Of a stretch of DNA of 64,000 bases, positions 59,325 to 64,000 are shown one piece after another. Both the position numbers and the translations under genes were made by a program. Position 1 is the stretch's first letter. Each line of letters starts with the position of its first letter. Source of the stretch: Lactobacillus sp. (lineage in GTDB: Bacteria; Bacillota; Bacilli; Lactobacillales; Lactobacillaceae); assembly GCA_030455605.1 (NCBI GenBank), contig JAKDPD010000006.1, positions 6,069-70,068 of the forward strand, read 5' to 3'. The notes below the pieces were generated by a model. That model made no database searches and had not been told where the DNA came from. It saw nothing but the letters and a program-made list of their open reading frames with translations.

Positions 59325-60707
59325 ATGGAAATACTGAGAATTTTACATACCAATGATTTACATTCGCATTTTGAGCATTTCCCTAAGCTAGGGCGCTACT
59401 TGCGGCAAGCACAAGCTGACCAGACTGTGGATCAGGTCTTGACCTTTGACGCTGGCGATTTTATGGATCGCTCCCATCCTTTGACAGATGCCACTGAGGG
59501 ACAAGCAAACATTCAGCTCATGAATGAGTTTCATTATGACGCAGTAACGGTCGGAAATAATGAAGGTATTTCTAACTCACATGCGGTGTTAGAGCGGCTA
59601 TTTAATCATGCTAATTTTCCCGTAGTGCTAGCTAACTTGTTGGAAGAAGATGGCACTAAGCCTACTTGGGCATATGACTATTTGCTGCTAGAGACTAAAA
59701 AGGGAACCCGCATTGCGGTTATTGGGTTAACACCCACCTATCCACTAACTTATGGTCCTAATCATTGGCAAGTAAGAACTGCTGGTGAGACCATGGATCG
59801 GTTATTGCCTGAACTATTAGGGCGATATGATGTCCTAATCTTAGTTAATCATACTGGTTTATCGACTGATCGCTGGTTATGTCAGCATTATCCAGAAATT
59901 GACTTAATTATTGGTGGTCATAGTCACGATTTGCTAAAGCATGGCGAAAAGGTGCGCCATAGTTGGATTACTCAGACAGGAAAGTGGGGAAATTACGTCG
60001 GTGATATCAGCATCACACTAGATGATGCGCATCATGTCCAGACAATTGTTCCTACGACTCACCCAGTCGCTGCGATGCCAGAGATGCCTGGCGATGCTAC
60101 GATTATTCAGGGTTACTTGGATCAAGGCAAAGCACAGCTCTCTGCCCATCCAGTTGCTTTTTTACCACATAAATTTGAGGCTGATAAGGCTGCTGCAGTG
60201 CATTGTACGCTAGAGGCTATGAGTCAGTTTGCGGGTACTGAGCTAGCGATTTTAAGTTCGGGCTTATTTTTGACACCTTTTAAGGCTGGTCTGTTAACTA
60301 AATTTGATTTACAGCAAGCTTTGCCACATCCGATGCATGTTGTGCGGACCACACTAGTGGGGAGTGATCTATGGCGTTTAGTCATGGAAATTGAGAAAAA
60401 TCGACATTATTTGCGTCAGCTGCATCTACAGGGAATGAGTTTCCGAGGCAAGATTTTCGGTGAGATGTACTATAAAGGCATTCAAGTAGATGTTGCACAT
60501 CGGTTGGTTTATGTGAATGGTCATGAACTTGATCCTAATGAATACTATACTTTAGCGTGTCTTGATCATTATGTACTGGTACCATTTTTTCCGACTTTGG
60601 CTATCATGGGTGATAATGAATTTCTGTTTCCGGATTTTTTGCGCGAAGTTGTCGGTAAATATCTGGCTAAACGTTATCCGATAGTAAAGGAAGAGTGTGA
60701 TGACTGA
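59325..60707 (+). CDS. Bifunctional metallophosphatase/5'-nucleotidase (YunD-like)
   Basis: LHTNDLHSH, DAGDFMD, VGNNE, GGHSH, LPHPM. Confidence 0.9.
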   Translation: MEILRILHTNDLHSHFEHFPKLGRYLRQAQADQTVDQVLTFDAGDFMDRSHPLTDATEGQANIQLMNEFHYDAVTVGNNEGISNSHAVLERLFNHANFPVVLANLLEEDGTKPTWAYDYLLLETKKGTRIAVIGLTPTYPLTYGPNHWQVRTAGETMDRLLPELLGRYDVLILVNHTGLSTDRWLCQHYPEIDLIIGGHSHDLLKHGEKVRHSWITQTGKWGNYVGDISITLDDAHHVQTIVPTTHPVAAMPEMPGDATIIQGYLDQGKAQLSAHPVAFLPHKFEADKAAAVHCTLEAMSQFAGTELAILSSGLFLTPFKAGLLTKFDLQQALPHPMHVVRTTLVGSDLWRLVMEIEKNRHYLRQLHLQGMSFRGKIFGEMYYKGIQVDVAHRLVYVNGHELDPNEYYTLACLDHYVLVPFFPTLAIMGDNEFLFPDFLREVVGKYLAKRYPIVKEECDD

Positions 60708-61251
60708 ACATACAAAAACAACTAATAAATTTAAAGTTGAGCAGCCAGTTCGCCATAATTTAGCAGTGGTCGAACAGACTGCTGACAAATTGAAAATTAA
60801 TGAGCAATTATACCAAGTTTTGGTTAATCAAGGTGCAGCCTTGGATTTAACGCTATTAGCAAAAAAATATGACCCTTATTTGGATCAATATGATTTTATT
60901 GTAGGGGATGTTGCTAGCGACCACTTGAGATTAAAAGGGTTTTATCAAGCTGAAGCACATTTAGGAATTGATAAAAGTCAGCTGGCGATTGTAGATTACT
61001 TGACCGAGTATTGTAATCCTGGTGGCGGCTATTTTGTTTTGAAATTATTAACCCCCGTCCACACCTATCAGCAGCGGCGGCGCCGCCCTAATCATAAATG
61101 GCCGAGTAAACGTCGTTCACGGCCTGCTGATGATTGGCCATTTGCTGCGCATAAGGTTCATCAGAATAAAATCAAACCGCATTCACATGTACTTAAGCAG
61201 GAACATAGTGCCCATCATGCGTTTGTCATTAAAAAAAGGGGGAATCGCTAA
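60700..61251 (+). CDS. YutD/DUF1027 family protein
   Basis: YDFIVGD...LRLKGFY...DYLTEYCNPG..YFVL; basic tail. Confidence 0.88.
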   Translation: MTEHTKTTNKFKVEQPVRHNLAVVEQTADKLKINEQLYQVLVNQGAALDLTLLAKKYDPYLDQYDFIVGDVASDHLRLKGFYQAEAHLGIDKSQLAIVDYLTEYCNPGGGYFVLKLLTPVHTYQQRRRRPNHKWPSKRRSRPADDWPFAAHKVHQNKIKPHSHVLKQEHSAHHAFVIKKRGNR

Positions 61252-62022
61252 GTGAGCGCACGACACGTCTTTTTAATCGATTTAGATGGGACAGTTTACC
61301 GCGGCGCGCAGACGATTGCGTCTGGTGTTCGTTTTGTTCACCGGTTGCAAGCAGCCCAACAGCCTTATTTGTTTTTAACCAATAATACAACGCGGACGCC
61401 ACAAATGGTGGTGTCAAAGCTCGCTGGACATGGGATAGAGACCGATACGGCACATATTTATACGCCGAGCATGGCCACGCCGAGCTACTTGTTAGCCAAA
61501 CATCCGAAGACTCAAATTAAAGTGTTTGTGATTGGTGAAATTGGCTTATTAACGGCTTTACTCTCACACCCAGAGATTATTTTGGATGATCAACATCCTG
61601 ATTATGTCATTGTTGGTATGGATACTGATTTAACGTATCATAAAATTCGTACTGCTACGCGAGCAATTCGCCAGGGGGCGATTTTTATCGGGACGAATGC
61701 AGATTTGAATTTACCAGCTGGCGCTGAACTGTTACCTGGAAATGGTTCACAGTGTGCCATGATTGCCGCAGCTAGCGGCGTTCAACCAATTTTTATCGGT
61801 AAGCCTGAGCGTATTATTATTGATTATGCATTAGCGCAATTTGGTTGGCAACAATCCGACGCAATTATTGTGGGTGATAATTATGATACCGATATTCGTG
61901 CCGGTTTTAATGCAGATGTTGCGACCCTGCTCACATTGACCGGCGTGACGACTGCTGCAGACTTGGTGGGTAAACGTCAGCCAACACGGGTTGTCAATAA
62001 TCTAGATGAGTATGTGTTATGA
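61252..62022 (+). CDS. HAD-IIA hydrolase (NagD/YutF-like)
   Basis: LIDLDGTVY, LTNNTT, GTNAD, IGKP, VGDNYDTDI. Confidence 0.92.
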   Translation: MSARHVFLIDLDGTVYRGAQTIASGVRFVHRLQAAQQPYLFLTNNTTRTPQMVVSKLAGHGIETDTAHIYTPSMATPSYLLAKHPKTQIKVFVIGEIGLLTALLSHPEIILDDQHPDYVIVGMDTDLTYHKIRTATRAIRQGAIFIGTNADLNLPAGAELLPGNGSQCAMIAAASGVQPIFIGKPERIIIDYALAQFGWQQSDAIIVGDNYDTDIRAGFNADVATLLTLTGVTTAADLVGKRQPTRVVNNLDEYVL

Positions 62023-62624
62023 AATTAAACAGATTAGTTGTACCGATTTATCATTTTTTGTTTGCACTTGCAAGCAGCGTCGTGGGTGCGATGATTGTAA
62101 GTTGGCCTTTACTGGCATTATTTGTACTAGTGCAGAAAACTTATGAAACGGTCAAGTTATCAGTTGCACAGGTGATGGCTAACTACAATCAGCTGCTGTG
62201 GTATCTTATTTGGCCGTTTAAAAAGACCCTGCAGATGACCAATTTTCCGACTTCACCACGCGCTGCAGTGCATTTTGCAGCATGTAAACAACTTTTTTTG
62301 CTGGCGATTGTGGTCTTTTTGGGATGTCTCGTTTTCCAGTGGTATCAAAATCATCACGGTAACAAGAAACGCTGGGCATTGAGTAAAACGACCAGTCTAG
62401 TTTTATTACTCCTGCCAATCATGGTGCTACCATTTGCTTTATCCAACTTTGATGCTTTTTTTGTTGCCTTTCATCATTTGCTGTTCGATAACTCAGATTG
62501 GCTCTTTGATTCGGTAACAGATCCAATTATCAATGTTTTGACTGAAGGCTTCTTCTCAGCTTGTTTTGCAGTAGCTGGCATTATTTATGAACTATATTTT
62601 GCCGAGAAATTATTATCACGTTAG
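62019..62624 (+). CDS. TIGR01906/DUF1461 family membrane protein
   Basis: NYNQLL.YL, HF..CK.LF, FDAFFVAFHHLLFDN..WLFD..DPII. Confidence 0.85.
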   Translation: MKLNRLVVPIYHFLFALASSVVGAMIVSWPLLALFVLVQKTYETVKLSVAQVMANYNQLLWYLIWPFKKTLQMTNFPTSPRAAVHFAACKQLFLLAIVVFLGCLVFQWYQNHHGNKKRWALSKTTSLVLLLLPIMVLPFALSNFDAFFVAFHHLLFDNSDWLFDSVTDPIINVLTEGFFSACFAVAGIIYELYFAEKLLSR

Positions 62625-62649
62625 TTAAAAATGTAAAAAAAAGAATTCC

Positions 62650-63303
62650 TTAGTGGAATTCTTTTTTGAGTGCTAGGCGTTTTCTTAAGCTGACAATTAG
62701 AATAGGGACGACTGATACCAAGATAATGCCGATAACAATCAAGGAGAAGTGTTCTTGGACAATAGGAAAGTTTCCAAAAAAATGTCCGACTAGACTAAAG
62801 AGTCCTGTCCACAAGACGCCACCGAGAATGTTATAGGTTACGAAATGGCCGTAGTGCATTTTGCTACCACCTGAAATAAATGGCACAAAGGTCCGAATAA
62901 ATGGAATAAAGCGTCCAATGACGATTGTAATCGATCCGTGTCGTGCAAAGAAGGTCTCCGCGGCTTGGCGATTTTTTTCATTAATCAGCCGATTGAACCA
63001 ACGGTACTTTTTACCAGCATGGTTGGTGAATCGCGCACCAATTTCGTAGTTAATGGTATCGCCGAGGATTGCTGCAGCTAGGAAGGTGAGATAAACGAGC
63101 CAAGGGTTGAGACCATACTTAGGATTAGCTGCCATGGCTGCAGCTGCAAAAATTAGAGAATCTCCAGGTAGAAAAGGAAAGATAACTAAACCAGTCTCAA
63201 TGAAGATAACCGCGAACATTAATAGATACGACCAGTCACCAAATTGGTTAACAATTGTAATGAGATGAGTGTCGATATGTAAAATAAAATCAATCAGTGG
63301 CAT
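62650..63303 (-). CDS. DedA/VTT family membrane protein
   Basis: IFIETGLVIFPFLPGDSL, GDTINYEIG, GRFIPFIRTF. Confidence 0.92.
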   Translation of the reverse strand: MPLIDFILHIDTHLITIVNQFGDWSYLLMFAVIFIETGLVIFPFLPGDSLIFAAAAMAANPKYGLNPWLVYLTFLAAAILGDTINYEIGARFTNHAGKKYRWFNRLINEKNRQAAETFFARHGSITIVIGRFIPFIRTFVPFISGGSKMHYGHFVTYNILGGVLWTGLFSLVGHFFGNFPIVQEHFSLIVIGIILVSVVPILIVSLRKRLALKKEFH

Positions 63304-63324
63304 CTGGAACTCCTTTTTAATGAC

Positions 63325-64000
63325 TTATAATGACTGTAAGTTTGGATTTTTGTCCGGAAATAGTTGCCGCATAATAGCGTGAATGGCAGTTTGGGCTTCG
63401 CCGAAACCAACACCAATCAAAGGTACCCGTCCAGGATACGTGGTGACGTCGCCTACGGCATAAATTCCCTTGACATTAGTCGCCATGGTACGTTCGACAA
63501 ATACATTCGTTGCATTGCTATCGACCCCCCAGCTACCGACTAGCCGGTTATTAGCGCGAAAACCGTAAGCTACAATAATTTGGTCGAAGTCACGATAAAC
63601 AATTGTTTGATCACCTAGACGCCTTAGGCCAATACGTAGTTGCTTATTTTGCCAAGTGATACTATGCGGTAAATAAGGCGTTAAAATTTCGACATTCTCC
63701 TGTGACTGCAGTGTCGCTAGTGTAGACTCCAAGCCCCGAAAATGTTCGCGCCGGTGAATGAGCTTAACTTTTGATACTTGGCTAAGACCTTTCGCCCAAT
63801 CTAGCGCAGAGTCGCCACCACCGAAAATACCGATTGTTTGATTAGCAAAAGGCGTAATGTCACGAACATAATAATGTACTCTAGCAGCCATTTCAGCTGA
63901 CATTGGTAGCGGAAATTGTTTTGGCCTAAAGCTGCCAGCGCCAGTAGCAATAATGATGCTACGTGCTTGGCAAGTCTGATCAATTAAAAAGTGTGAATCG
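63325..64000 (-). CDS. Ferredoxin/flavodoxin-NADP+ reductase (YumC/TrxB-like), 3' part; truncated by window edge
   Basis: Open frame to the edge: IIIATGAG, GGGDSALDWA, IHRR..FRG, GIYAVGD, LIGVGFGEA. Confidence 0.88.
   Translation of the reverse strand, partial: DSHFLIDQTCQARSIIIATGAGSFRPKQFPLPMSAEMAARVHYYVRDITPFANQTIGIFGGGDSALDWAKGLSQVSKVKLIHRREHFRGLESTLATLQSQENVEILTPYLPHSITWQNKQLRIGLRRLGDQTIVYRDFDQIIVAYGFRANNRLVGSWGVDSNATNVFVERTMATNVKGIYAVGDVTTYPGRVPLIGVGFGEAQTAIHAIMRQLFPDKNPNLQSL

Overview
Chromosomal segment of a Lactobacillus (sensu stricto, L. delbrueckii/acidophilus group; inferred from gene order and protein sequences). Most of it is conserved core: rplK(3' end)-rplA, pstSCAB1B2-phoU, rplJL, GT2 glycosyltransferase, rsmC-tadA-SRP RNA-dnaX-ebfC-recR-tmk-holB-yabA-rsmI, folT-tsaB-rimI-tsaD, ABC-F/rex, groESL, mutSL-ruvAB-yajC-zwf-dinB-DHH-cshB-alaS-ireB-ruvX-mutS2-trxA, mscL, murI-rdgB, mscS, pepQ/ccpA, pepV and the yunD-yutD-yutF cluster. 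The main accessory block lies between groEL and mutS. It holds a complete, apparently active type II-A CRISPR-Cas locus (cas9, tracrRNA, cas1, cas2, csn2, 16 repeats/15 spacers), then a small cationic secreted SLAP-like protein and a membrane-transporter remnant. Most notable observations: (1) the Cas locus is bracketed by a 33/34-bp direct repeat of the groEL terminator, which overwrites the end of the last CRISPR repeat; (2) the tracrRNA carries a 13-nt hairpin-forming insertion at the repeat:anti-repeat bulge; (3) MutL has lost its endonuclease metal-binding motifs; (4) the alaS T-box seems to use a non-canonical terminator that competes with stem III. All structures and base counts were derived by hand; no database searches were run.
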